DNA from: Vicugna vicugna
Lineage: Eukaryota
Assembly: GCA_013265495.1 (NCBI GenBank)
Contig: MU059403.1
Coordinates: 1,316,960 to 1,380,959 of the forward strand
Length of the DNA: 64,000 bases
Direction: 5' to 3'
The position numbers and the translations under genes were made by a program. This document shows, one piece after another, positions 11,356 through 24,081 of the stretch (position 1 is the first letter of the stretch; each line of letters opens with the position of its first letter). The notes below the pieces were generated by a model, which was not told the origin of the DNA, searched no databases, and saw nothing but the letters and a program-made list of their open reading frames with translations.

Positions 11356-11442
11356 TTTTTTCTAATGGAGGCGCTGGGGATCGAACCTAGAACCTCATGC
11401 ATGCTGCGCACGTGCTCTGCTGCTGAGCTGTTCTCACCCCCC
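11356..11442 (-). mobile_element. Camelid tRNA-derived SINE (Vic-1-like)
   Basis: Reverse complement reads ggggtgagaacagctcagcagcagagcacgtgcgcagcatgcatgaggttctaggttcgatccccagcgcctccatt followed by an A-rich tail. It carries A-box and B-box remnants. Confidence 0.8.
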
Positions 11443-12333
11443 TGGAGATGACCTCTGTAAAATCACAAGCACCACAGACTAGTTACTCCGTCAGAAGCTC
11501 TCCTTTAAGGGTCGATGGGACAGGTGTTATCCCCGCAGCCCGGCTGATGAGACAGCTGTGGCGAAGTCACACTGTGTGCCCCGGGGGACACGGCTGAGCA
11601 CAGGCGTCCTTGCTTCCCACCTGTGATGTCCAGGTTTCACAGAATACGCCCCTGAATCACCCTGTGAGAAACCACAGCTCCTGTGCTGATTCGATACACT
11701 CCTTGGAGTTCTGTGTCCTTAAATCCGCCCTTGTGGGTCAGCTTTGCCGCAAGCAGGGACCGCCTGACGACAGCACAGGGAGGAGCTGCACGGCCTGTCC
11801 CGGGGTCTCGGGGTCCCACAGACTGATGGTAACATTTGAGAAAACCTCAGGGAACTCATGCGTTTCACCGTGAGAGTTTATGCACGTTAACCAAAGCTGT
11901 CAGCTTCTGACTGATGGACGGCGGGACCGAAGTCCTGCCTCCTGCAGGCCCGGAGCTCTGACTGGCTGTCATGGCTCATCGATTAACGCAGGAAAGCAAC
12001 TTAAATGTTGATTTCCTGCATTTGATGAAATTTGACTTGATAGACAAAATATTTAAAAGTCTTGGGGTCCTGAGGGGACTGTAAATAAGAGAATCCCCAA
12101 GTTGAAAACTCTGGGGTCTCCACTTGGTCCCAGAGCAGCTGATTATGTCCGGGCAAAGCGGTTAGGGACGCAGCTAGTCAGTCAGGCCTCATGAAACTGC
12201 AACGTTTGATTCAGCGTGTTGAATTTTGTCTAAGAGCTGCTTTCCGGAGCAGGGGACACTCAGTTTGTACAAGGGGTTTCTGTGAGGCGGGTGCCCTCTG
12301 CCGTCACTGGGACTTCTGTGTCCCCTCTGCCAG

Positions 12334-12485
12334 GTCTGTCCAGAGTGCCGTGGAGCTGATGACGCTCGTGGCTGCAGCTCTGCGGCTCCGGACCAAGCAG
12401 GCCACCGCAGTGCATGCTGATTCGTCCAGGTCTCACCTGGTGATCACGGTGACTTTGACTGCAGCCGCCTCCTCCTGCAGCACCG
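12334..12485 (+). CDS. KIF25: KIF25 coding exon with switch I (SVQSAVELM...HADSSRSHLVITVTL)
   Basis: ctctgccag| acceptor and ACCG|gtgagt donor. 152 nt, phase 2 to 1. Contains SSRSH. Confidence 0.95.
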
Positions 12486-13840
12486 GTGAGTGGCCCCAGT
12501 GCCCGGTCAGTTGCCCAAATAGAAATCTACACGAGAAGAAAAGGATCGTGGACGTGCAGGCTCTGAGGCACCATGCGGGACCAAGGGAGGAATGGCAGTC
12601 ACGTGGTTGGACGGTCTGGAACCCAAACCCAAGAGCCATGGGGATCTGGGCTGAGAAGAAAGGGTGGTGGGTGGGATGGAGGAAGGCGCTTTGCTACATC
12701 AGATGCATGTTTTCACTTTGGAACCTGACGCGATCACCAGGAGTGACACTCTCTTTGTGGCTGAGGTTAGAAGGTTACAGACCAGTGTATGAGATGATTC
12801 CTGTTACGGGAGAGTCGGGGTTCCTGGGGCTTTATGGGTCAGAAAGTCCAGGGCAGTGCACGTCAGGCCACCTGGGGCAGTGGGAGCTCAGACGCCACCC
12901 ACTGTGATCGGGCCCCGTCACCTCCCAGTACCTCCAGGGTGAGGTCTGGGGCCTCAGCCTTGCTCTCAGTGACGCAGACCGCAGGGCAGCCCTGGGCCCC
13001 GGGGGCTTTAACCCTAGAAAGGCCCCCTCAGGCCAGTGGGGCTAACACTCAGTCCGCCTTGTCACGGCCTCCAAGGTGGCCCAGGCAAGTGGAGGGGAGG
13101 AGCAGGGTCGCCCGGCCCCCTAACCGCCCGCCCGCAGGACTCACCCTCAGCAGCCCGGGACCCAGTGGCGCGCAGGGAGGGCCGGGCAGCGCGCGGCCGT
13201 GCGCCGGGGCCTGGCTCTTCCTGCCTGGCACGCAGATCCACAAAGGAAAAGTCTGCGCACTCGTGGGCAGTGCGCGCCAGAGGCGTTTCATGTTCTTTTT
13301 AAAACTGACTTACGTGCATTTTCTTTGCTTTCTACAGGGGGTATTCACTATTCTGGGTTTTTTTTAATCATTTAAAAACCTCTGTTTAGAAATAACACAT
13401 GATGAAATTGATACAGATGTCAACGTGAAAAACACTGTGTCGGGCTTTTGTGGAGGATTAAAAACAGAAACTGTTGAGCTGATTTGTGTAGGAGAGAACA
13501 GATTCTTCAGACGGGGATTGTTAATCAATGTCGGTACCAAATCTAGGGAACCGTATCGTTTTCCTGGGACTAACTAGGTATTGGTTCACCTTTTAACCAC
13601 GAACAACGGTCTCTCCCCACTGCTCTCCTGTGTTTTACCCAGAGGAGCCCCTCACGGTCCGAGGGCCCCCTCCCCCGCCATCCCGTACTTGAGCTGGGGA
13701 CTCCAACTGGGGTCTCGCACCCCACGCCGTACGGGCCTCCGGGACGGAGCTGGGAGCATTCAGCACAGGTGGGAGGCATCGGGGAGTTTGGGGGACCGTC
13801 TCTCTTCTTGTGTCTCTTGCCACCCCCCCCACCTCCACAG

Positions 13841-14047
13841 CAGACCGGCAGTCAGACCAGTCCCCCACTGCGGAGCTCCGTGGCCCCACGCCCCGGCGGC
13901 CGGCCCCAGGGAGGAGACCAGGAGCAGCCCGCACAGTCTCGTCCGTGTCCCCAAGGACCCGAGGACTCGGGCAGGGGTCCCAGGGCCCTGGCGGACAGGT
14001 GCTCTCCAAGCTGCAGCTGGTGGACCTGGCGGGCAGCGAGTGCGTCG
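13841..14047 (+). CDS. KIF25: KIF25 coding exon: low-complexity loop insert plus switch II (KLQLVDLAGSECV)
   Basis: ctccacag|CAG acceptor (NAGNAG) and GTCG|gtgaga donor. 207 nt, phase 1 to 1. Contains DLAGSE. Confidence 0.93.
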
Positions 14048-14399
14048 GTGAGATGTGAAGCCTTCCCCCCGGGTGACCTGGGGATGCAGGGTCCAGGCCG
14101 TGAGCGGACGGGGAGCCCCAGGCGGATGCTCTCCCCCCATGTCTGTCCTTGTGGATTGCTGTCTTACCACCACAGAGTGCATGTCAATCCAACACACGTC
14201 GTCTGGGGGCAGCTGGCAGCGCAGGGGCCCCAGGTCCAGCCAGTGCCTCCCCTGCCACGGAGGTGGTCGGGGACATAAATATGATTGGGGGTCTCCTCCA
14301 CGCTTCCTGGGAGGTCTCTGTTTTGCTTTGCTGATTCACCTGGATGTCACCCACATTTGTGCAAATCCCATGTCTGACTGGGTCTCTGCGCTTCCCCAG

Positions 14400-14555
14400 G
14401 TGTGTCTGGAGTGACCGGATCGGCCCTGCGGGAGACGTCGCTTATAAACCGGAGCCTGGCGGCCCTCGCGGACGTGCTGGGGGCGCTGTCGGAGGGCAGA
14501 GGCCACATCCCGTACCGGAACAGCACGCTCACCCACTTCCTCCAGGACGCACTCG
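14400..14555 (+). CDS. KIF25: KIF25 coding exon (GVSGVTGSALRETSLINRSLAALADVLGAL...HIPYRNSTLTHFLQDAL)
   Basis: cttccccag| acceptor and CTCG|gtacct donor. 156 nt, phase 1 to 1. Encodes helix alpha4 and the HIPYR motif. Confidence 0.96.
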
Positions 14556-15622
14556 GTACCTGCCGCCCCCGCCACCGCCCCCAAAGAGGGGAAACTGTCC
14601 CCCTGCCCCAGGCCACACCTCCCGGGGAACTGCTGGCTCTCTGGGTCACTGCGTCCCCTCCCTCAGTATTTCTAGCGCGCTCGTTAGCAGCCGGCCTCCT
14701 CGCTATCCTCGGTGCCACGTGCACTGGTTGGTTAGCGCAGCGCAGCGCATGCACGACCTGCTCCCCCAGCTGGGCTCCAGGCTTCCCCAGGTCTGCCTCC
14801 TTGCGGCACACAAGGGGTCCCCAAGGCGTGGGACCCTCTGAGCCCCACGATGCCTGCGAGCTGGGCTCTGCACTTGTAGGTGGGGACTCTTGGTTGCTGG
14901 TGCCAGGAACCCAAGTAAGTTCGAGTAAGTGCAGGTGACCCTTGGAGGTACGGAATCACCAGGCTGTGGGTTTGGGGCTTGGGGTGGCCTGACTACGCTG
15001 GCCCTCGCCCACTCAAGTTCCAGAGCGATGGAGCGGAAGCGGACGGGGCGCTCTGTCCTGCACCGAGATGCCCGCCCCAGCAGGCAGGTTCCCGCGCTGA
15101 GCTCTCTGCCCGACCTCCCCCGAGGCAGCCCTGGCCCAGCTCAAGGCACACGCCCAGAGAGGAAGGTGGGGGCTCTTGAACCCACAGGACAGGGAGCTCC
15201 GGAGGGGAGGGGCCGGGGGCACCCCCAGGGTCTCCTGCCAAGCTCGATGACAGTTAAGTCATGGGAAGCCAGTGGCGCTCATTCCATGGAGGAAAACACG
15301 AGGGAGGAGGAGGGCATTGCTGGGAGGGAGAGGGCACAGTGTGCGCTGCTCGGCACCGCGGCCTGTCCGGGGTGGCGGAGGGCGGGCGTCCCAGGCCCGG
15401 GTCTGACTCCGCGCCCAGGCTCGCCTGTTCTGGCTGCCGCCTCCAGGGGACGCCCTGGCCCGGGGCTGGTGTGCAGCCGGGGAGGAGCGCGGCTGGGGCG
15501 GCATCTCCTGGCAGGTGTGTCACAGAGATGGCGCGTGTGGCCGCCACCTGGGCTCTGGGGATTTTAGAGATGCCAGTTTTTCACTGGAATTCCTTCCAAA
15601 TGCATGTTGTTCTTTCCTTAAG

Positions 15623-15762
15623 GAGGCGACGCCAAGCTGCAGGTGATCGTGTGCGTGTCCCCGTGCCAGAAGCACGTGGCAGAAACACTGCAGAGCCTGG
15701 GATTTGGGGCCCGAGTGCGGCAAGTGGAGCGGGGCCGTCCAGCCCCCAGAAAACCCAGGTGA
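15623..15762 (+). CDS. KIF25: KIF25 last coding exon (GGDAKLQVIVCVSPCQKHVAETLQSLGFGARVRQVERGRPAPRKPR*)
   Basis: ttctttccttaag| acceptor, frame continuous with the previous exon, TGA at 15760-15762. Contains the kinesin ETL.SL.FG.R motif. Confidence 0.95.
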
Positions 15763-15837
15763 AGGTGGTGGGCGCACCGTGGGCTTTCATCCCTTAATGT
15801 GCTTCCCAGCGGCGCCTGGCAATGTGTGCGCCCTGGA

Positions 15838-15843
15838 AATAAA
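15838..15843 (+). terminator. KIF25: KIF25 polyadenylation signal AATAAA
   Basis: Canonical hexamer 76 nt after the stop codon. Confidence 0.8.
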
Positions 15844-18800
15844 TGCACTTTGGACCTTGTAAAGCCCAGCACAAGCCTGCATGGACCACCGAGGCAGCAG
15901 GCGCTTGGGAGAAGCAGGTGCGTCAGGGGAGCCCCCCGGGCAGGAGAATTTGGGGGTGGGGCTCCCCGGGGACCAGCACCAGAGCCAGTCGTCCGTGAGC
16001 AGGATCTGAGCAGACTTGGGGTCTCGTAGTGGTTCCGTGTGTCCCCGACAGATTACTTGGCCCCTGAAGTCCGTTCCCTCATCCGTAAAAAGAGTCTGTG
16101 TTGGGGTGCCAGGCACACACCCCCCACAAAGGGCAGGTGGCCAGGCGTCCTGAGTCCTCCTCGTGTGGGCCCCCCATGAGGACCCCCACGTGGACACATG
16201 CTTGCCCATGGGCACGACGCAGACATGTAGTGGGACCTGGGCCCTCAGCACTGGGGGCTCCGGGAACTTGGGAGAAGGAGAGAGGGCAGGTTTGCTTCCA
16301 CTGACATCTGGCAGCCACGGGTGGGGGGACATACCACATGGCTATTTCTGGCCATGACACCCCAGCCGGTGCAGGGGCACCCAGCCCCATGTCCCTTCTG
16401 AGACGTGGGCTCCTCCACCCACCCCAGCTGCTGCCGAGTGTGTCCATGAAGGGCCAGTTCACGGTGTGAGCACAGTGACCATGCTTCCTTTGGCTCTTGA
16501 AGCGTCTGAGAAGGGCCCCCAGGCCCCTCGGCCACAGAGGGCCATCCACAATGGGTGGGCTGTCCACGCTGTTCTCTCCGTGTCATCCCGTTGCTCCGAG
16601 GGACAGAGTGTGTCCAGACAGAGGGGACAGTCCCCGGGAGGGAGCACCGTGCAGAGCCAGCAGGCAGGGGTGGAGGTGTCGGCTGCTCGGGTGTCCCTGG
16701 GGCCAGCACGGCCACCTCCGTCCTGGCAGGAACAGTCTGCAGTCCCACAGCATGGGGGCCGAGTGGGGATCCCCAAGAGACCTGTAAATGCAGGGTCCCC
16801 ACGAGAGAGGACCAGCATCTGGTCATCCGTGTCGCTGAGGGCATGACCCCAGCCTCCAGTAACCTGATCAGTGAGGCCGGGCAAGGAGGAGGACCTGCGG
16901 GCAAGGCGGGGGTTCGCAAATGGGGAATGCAGCCCCCACCCCTCCAAGGGCTGCCATGCTTGGGGCAAGCAGAAACCTCAGAACCAGGCAGAAGGTTAAC
17001 ATTTTGGTTTAGGTCAGAATGGACTCTTTGACACTGGGATGTGAAAGCTTTAATATCCAAAAATACGGTGAAAAGCTGGATTCTGGCAGAGATTTTGTGC
17101 GTGGCTAAGAGAGCAAGTCCACAGAGCACCCCACGCACAGCCAGCACCTCAGGGGACAGGTGGTCCAAGCCCAAGGGACTTCGGTGGCCACAGTGCCTCA
17201 GGCTGGGTGCTCTGCACCCCATCGGGCCCCTACCTCCCTCGATTGCCTTCTGGGTGTCCACAGCTGGAGAGGGGACAGCTACTCAGCATGGGAGGCCACC
17301 GGCCTGCTCCAGTTCCCAGCCTCACCACAGATGCCCCCCAGAACCCACAGGCCGGCGCTGGGGAGGGGTGAGTCCACGTCCAGGGCCCCTGACTGGCCTT
17401 CCCGCCACTCCTGCTGCTTCTCCAGGCTGTGCATTTGCCCAGCGAGGCCAGGAGCCTGGGCACCTCGGGGCAGTGAGCAAACAAAGATGCAGGGAGACAG
17501 TGGGGACGGGGTCCCCCCGGTGGGAGAAGGGGCTCTCCTAAATGGCAGGGCTGGGCTGGGACTGCAGGAACCTGTCTGCACTCACGGTTTCGGTGCAGGG
17601 AGTTAGATGATGGGTTGATGAGCAGACAGATGCAGCAAAATAAGGACCAAGTGAACGTGTGTGTGTTTTGTATTCAGAAGGCCCCCTTCACATTCTCTGC
17701 CCCCCCTAGCCCAGTGTCCTCTTGCAGGTGAGGACTTGCCCAGGAGGCACTGCCTGCTGCCCTGGACGCCCCCTCAGCACTCAAGATGGTCACTGTGAGC
17801 CTCAGGGCGGGAACAGCTGGCCGAACCCTGACAGCCCAGTCACAGGGGCACTGAGGAGGAGGGAGCTGTCCACACGCCGAGGCCAGCACGTGGCAGGGTC
17901 AGGTGTCCCAGGGGACCGGCCAGGGCTGTGTCAGCACATTGTTGTGGCTGTTGGAGCCTCCAGCCCTCAGAATGGCCAAGGGTCAGCCCCAAGGCTGGTG
18001 GTCTGTGGTCTCCAATTTGGCATTGTTGGCAGAGACAGAAAACACTTCGTTTGTGGAGGAGGGAGCCACTGGGTCTCAGCCTCCCCGTGGGTGTCCCTGT
18101 GGGGAGCCCTGGATTCCTGGGCCCTCCCTGCTCATCCTAGGCCCCTGGGTCTGTGCACAGTGTACATCTGCTCCACACATCTGCTTGGTGGGGGGGGTGG
18201 ATGTGTGCAGCTCCTGGGGAGGAAGAGCACGGGGCCTAGAGGGAGCTGGCACCACCCGCTGAGGTCCCTGAGCGCCTGCACCAGGGAGTCCGCCCTCCAC
18301 TCACTTGCTCAGCCACCCCTTGGAGGCCCACTGAGCACGGGGCCGTTCCTCGGGGGAGATGGGGGATACTACCATAAATGTGGCACAGCCCGCCCTTGAA
18401 GACTTCAAAACCAGGACAAGGATTAGATGTGCCGGAGCCTGCCCGCCAGGCACCCCCGCGTCTGCTCCCACATCCACACAGCGACAGCAGGGTCACACGG
18501 GGCAGGAGTGTGGACCAGAACCTCTCAGACCAGCGCCCACGTTCTGCTGTCCCGGGACGGCTGAGGGGAGGACCTGGCCTTTGTCCAGGCTGGGCAGATC
18601 GCTGCCTCGGGGCCTTGTGGCTTCCTAGGGAACCTGCCTCCCAGACCTGCTCCCCCAGTGCCCGGCCGAGCTGCCACCCTGGACAGCCCAGTCCTCCTGC
18701 TACAACCCCCCCCCACCCTGACTCCCCCACCACACCAGGAGATTCCCGGGAGGCCGTGGCCTTTTCCCATGGCTGAAGTCTATGAATGATTAATGCTCCT

Positions 18801-21800
18801 ACATTTGCTCTCATAGGAAAGCTGTTTTGTGTTCACAGGAACCCCATGTCCTGTGGAGGAAGCAGAGAACAAAGGGGGCCTGGGACACGTCCCCGCCTGT
18901 GATCAGAGGTCCTGGAGCAGAGTCCCGGGGGCGGGCTGGGCCTGAGACCTGAACCTTATGTACATAGTTGGTGATGGGGGCCCTCCTGCAGGAAAAATAA
19001 TGTTATACATTCTAAAGTAGGTATGCAGAAAAACACTTAGAGGAAAACTTAAAAACCATCAAGTCACAGCTTTAAAAAGCTGGCAAATAGCGCAGACCGC
19101 CACGGAACTCCGAGAGGCACTTCGGTCAGTTCTTCCGATTGCACCCCCTGTGTTTTCCCGCTGCGTCCTCGACAGGCCCTTGACTGGGGAAGACACGCCC
19201 ACTTTCCCCCAGCACCTCCTCATCCTGAGGTTTAAGGCGCCGGCTTCCCCTCGCAGCGCGGCCCGGGGAGGGGGTGCGGGGGCTCCTGAGCTGCAGGCCC
19301 CTCTGCCCCCAACCCTGGCCCTGTGCCAGCTTTGTTTCCCTTCCTGTCCCCACGTCCTGCCTGCACTGGGGGTCCGGGTCCCCAGAGACGTGACCTCTGG
19401 CTGCAGGGGTCCTCCTGGGGGCCCCTGCTGCCCCCGTCCAGCCGGCTGTGACTGAACCTCCTGGCTGTCTCCCACCAAACCTGACCTCCCCGCTGGCAGG
19501 GCCCGACATGCCCGCAGATTCCGCCCGCGACCGCGGGGAGGGTGTGGAGTGAATGCTGAGTGGAGAGATGGCGATCTTAACTGCTTATGGTTAAAAAGCC
19601 CTAGTTATGCACATTTTTTGAAAGGCTGTAACCATGTGAACACCACCAGTGGGGCCCAGCGCCTGCGCGTCATGGCCTCGTGGTCAGTTCACCCTGCCCG
19701 GTGCAGTGTAGCGCAGAGGCCCAGCTCCGAGTCCCCGCCATCAGAGCCTCCGGTGAAGCCTGCCCCTGGGGTGCCCGGTCAGCAGTGAAAGGGCAACTCC
19801 CACCCCCGCCCCGGCCTCAGCCACCCCGCTCCTCTCCTCTGAGTCTTCAACCACTTGCAGCCGTCCTTGGAGAAAGGACGCCCTGGACACGGATTCTGTC
19901 TCCCAAGAGGGAGAGTGGGAGGGTGACACGACCACAGGGTGCAAAACACTTCATGGAACAAAGGTGGCTGGCAGGACCGGAGCCCTGGACTCCTGGTCCA
20001 CGACTGTGAGGGCGAGGCCACCGACAGAACCGCTCCCAGGTCAGCTGTCATGTCCTGCGCAACCGCCCACAGGGGCGGTCTCTACCGCAGGCTGCTGCTC
20101 CACTGCACCAGGTCCCAGGGCAAACAGGCGGGTACCGTCAAAGCGCAGGTTCCCGGGTCCCAGCAAGACCTGGCGGGCGGCCCAGCTCCAAACAAGCCCG
20201 CAGGTTCTTGTGAATTAGACCCGCCAGCATGAGCTCTGGCCTCCTCTTCCCTCTGCCCGGCTAGGGTAGCTGGTGGTCACGTCTGTCCAGCCGACACTTT
20301 CCTGAGCCATCTGCACGCTCTTTGGGGTCCAGAGGAAACCTGGGTGGGTGTCCCTCTTAGCCCTGACAAATGGGGAGGGAGATGTGTGGGGGCTCCCACC
20401 CCCCACAGCCCTGGGGCCACACGCCCCGGACAAGGTGAGTGGGTCCACTTAGCAGGCCCCCCACCAGCCATGATGGCCCTTCTCACAAACCCCTTTCCCT
20501 GCCAGCTGACACCTGTTTTCCCGGGTGTCTCCTGGTATCTGCTTTGCCTGAGAGACCTTTGGGCCTAATTGATGCCAAAGGAGAAGGTGTTTTGTCTGAT
20601 GTTCCTCTCCTGGAGAGGGGCTGCCCCCTCTAGGCTGCCGCTTCCTCTGGGTGGGGAGGGGGCCGTGGGGAAGGGGTTGGAGACCACGCGAGGTCCCTCT
20701 TGGCCTCTGACTGTCCTCCACGTGCCCTGACCACCGGAGTGACTCACAGACACTTGGCACAGTTTTCTGTGTCTCCACAGGCGCTGAGGAAGGGCAGAAA
20801 CGGAACCCCCAACCTCGCCCTGGTGGTTTCTTGGGGTCAGCCAGAGGTCCCTGCTGCCTCTCATCTGCCAAGGACAGAGGGCGCTGGCCACCCTCAAGAT
20901 GGGCTGTATCCGGGTGACAGAAGAAAGGGCAGCCTGGACGTGGGCTCTGACCTCACCGGGAGGCCAGTCGGAAACCACACGGGTGAGCACCGGGCCATCC
21001 CAGGCATGCTCCATGCCGCCCCCCAGCAGGCTCGCCGCAAGGTCGTGTCCACCCCCACCCCCCGCTTCAAGGCCTGACCCGCACACCCAGGTCTGTCCCT
21101 GAACGTCCTGCAGGCGCGGCAGCCGCCCTGCGAGGAGCCAGAGCGTGCAGCCAGCGCCCTCTCGTGGTGGCCGAGGGACGGGCGGGGCCGGGGGCGGGAG
21201 CGCAGCTCAGTCCCCGCTAGGAGCTCCACGCGGGCATCCGGTGGAAGTGTCCTTCCACCAACCCACGTTGACTTCCACGTCTGCCCACATCCATGTGCAC
21301 ACGTATGCTTGCGTGTGCACGTGTATGGGTGTGTGTAGGTCGCGGCCCCAAACAGCTTATTTCAGCCTCACCCTGACGCCCGCTGCCCCTCCCTGACACC
21401 TGCTTTGTGCAACAGCAAAGCAGCCTGTGGGGCTGGGCTCCTGCTCACAAAATTCCTTTAAAGGGGAAAAGGTCATCCTGGACCCTGGATCAGGACACGT
21501 GCAACCTCATTTTTTTTTCCCATGAGGGCCTGTCTCAGCATGATTTTGGAAATTTGCGGGAAAGCAGGGCTCAGGCCTCCACACCTCCGGACGCCATCTT
21601 CCAGGCCCAGACCACACTCAGGCTCCCCTCCCTCGCCACCTGCCCTTGTGGCACCAGGCTCGGTGCCCGGGGCAGCCCCGGGCGCATGGGTACCTCCTGT
21701 GGGGGGGACCGAAGGGCAGCCCAGGAGTCCAGCACCACGGCTGCTGACCCTGCCCTCACCGTGCTCCATGCTGGGAGCGCTGCCCCATCTGCCATCTACC

Positions 21801-24081
21801 CGGTGCCGGCACCTGACCTGCCTGTGGGGAGTCTGTTCAGTGAGGGGGCGCTGGGGAGATGAGGCTGCCTCCACCGACCCCTGGCCCTCCCTGCCTGGCC
21901 CAGCCCCACGGCAGCGCTGACCTCGGCAACGCCACACCACAGATGAAGGTAGGTTTCTTGCCACCTTTTAAAAAACAAGTAAGATAAAGCTGAGCTCCAG
22001 GGGGCAGGGGCTGTCACCCCCCAAGTCCCTCTGTCCACACAGCGCTGGGACATGGAGGGTCCTCACAGGGGGAGGCCCGCAGTGGCCAGGAGCCCTCCCT
22101 GTGTGAACTGAGGGCCAGCGTGGCCTCCCCGCGTACAGGTGCGCACAGAGGCCGCCCAGGTGCAGACAGAGATGTGTGTCCAGCTCTTGTCACACGCGCA
22201 CGGACAAGCTTCCCTTCATAGAAAGGGCCAGCAGCGTCAGCTTGGCTGCAGCCCCACCCAACCCGGGACTCAGGCTCCGCCCGGCGCCAACATGAGCCTG
22301 AGGTGGACTCGGCCCCACGGGGTCCTCACAGCACGAGCAGGACAGGGAGGGGACGATGTCTCGGGCTCTCCGACAGTGAGGCGCAGGTCAGCGCGTCCAG
22401 GCGAAGACGGCAGCAGGCGTGCGGGTGTGGATCTTGTGTGAGGGGAGAGGACCCACAGGTGGAAAGAGTCTCACCACGCCCAGGTGCCTGTCACCAGCCT
22501 CGGGCTGGAGGGTGGTGGTACCCACGGAGTTCCACCTGTTCGGAGCGGCCCCTCTCGGAGCCTCTGCAGAGCACGAGGCAGGAGTCCCACCTGGGGTCAG
22601 GAGGCAGGTGAGATGCAGCGCCAGCTCTGTCTCTCCATCTGGGGACACAAAGCCAGGCTGATGCTGGCTCCCTCCACCAGCTGGAGCCACTCCGCCCCGT
22701 CCACGAGGTGGATGGCTTCGAGGACAGCCCCCTGCACACAGGGCCCTGGATGTGGGGACGGGTGAGGGGAAGCTGCCCTGACTTGGAAGGGACAGCACAG
22801 CACAACTACAGCAGCCAGCCCTCCCACCCGCGGACCTGCCCTGGCGCTCCTGCCCCCGGTGCGTCCCCTGTTAGAAGGACACCTGGCTGCTCACTAGCCT
22901 CTTAGCGCTCCGACAGCACAGCCTCCAGCAAAGGTCAAAGTCCCTCAACACGCTTCTCCAGAAATCACTGCAAACTTGGCTCAGCTATTCAGCCGCTTGT
23001 GAGGCCTGCTCGAGACAGGGTGCAGACGTGGAGGGCGGGGCGGTGCAGCCCCACCTCCGCCCACACCTCCCGTCCAGTCTTCTGATTCGGGGAGGAGGAC
23101 CATGGCAGTGAAAGGCCCGGAAGGGTGACCAGCGCTGACGCAGGCTGAGCGCCCCAACGTCCCGCTGCTGACAGGCCATGGCTCCCTTGTGCACAGACGC
23201 CCTTCTGACTGGATGGGCACTGGCAGGAAAAGGGACACTGCTTTAAAGTTGGCCTTGTGACTGGAAAGGAGGAACTCGGGCTCTGAGCCTCGGGCACCTG
23301 TGCTGGCAGGCTTCCTTTGGGAACACCCTTTGATGTGCTCAGCACGGGATCACTTCCTCTCTCGCCTGCCTCTCCCACTTCCTGCTGAGGACACCCACTT
23401 CATGGGACCATGTGGCCACGTAGCCGTGCTGTTCTAGGCCAGGTGCCGCCTGTGTACACGTGGCAGATAGGGTGGGCTCTGCTGGGGTCCCGGGTGAAGG
23501 AGCTGGGCCGACGCCCCACACAGGGGCCTCTGTCCCGTGCACCCAGGACTGAGCAGCAGGAGCTGCAAAGGGAGTGGTCCGGGGAAGCCTGTGGCCAGGG
23601 AGGTGACAGTGATGGTGACCTTGAGCTCAAGGACTCCTGGAAGGCTTGCTCCATTGGTCTCACCATCCATTGGGTCGGTGGCGGGGGACCCCCAGGGGTC
23701 TCTTCAATGCCCAGAAGAAGCTAAGACACTTCCTTCCCAGGGTACAGCCAGCACAGGCCTCACTCCACTGCCTGGAGTTTGGACGGCCAGACCCGGCTTC
23801 TGTCTCCTGGAGACCAGTATGGAAGGAACTCGAACCAACCACAGTCCACACGGCACAGGAAGTGGGACACGATCATCACTCCAGGTTTCATGTCAGAGCG
23901 GGCTCCACACCTCCGACAGGTGAGGACGCAGGAGGAAGCGCCAGGTATAGAAGATGGGCCAGACGCCTCAGTCAACCAGGTGGTGGGCGGTGGGAGCCTC
24001 CCGGGCAGGTGTGGCCCTGCGTGGCTGGAGCCCCACGTGGGCGGAGCTGTGCGGTGTGGGTGGAGCGGTGCCGCCAGGCGT

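Noticed and set aside
11356-11442. tRNA gene
   Set aside because: Degenerate boxes, no intact cloverleaf, and an A-rich tail. It is a tRNA-derived SINE.
16245-17261. 338-aa minus-strand ORF and other 150-290 aa ORFs at 16-24 kb and 41-50 kb
   Set aside because: Composition is dominated by Pro/Gly/Ala/Arg/Ser, there is no family motif, and several overlap L2, MLT2 or MIR remnants. They are GC-driven open frames.
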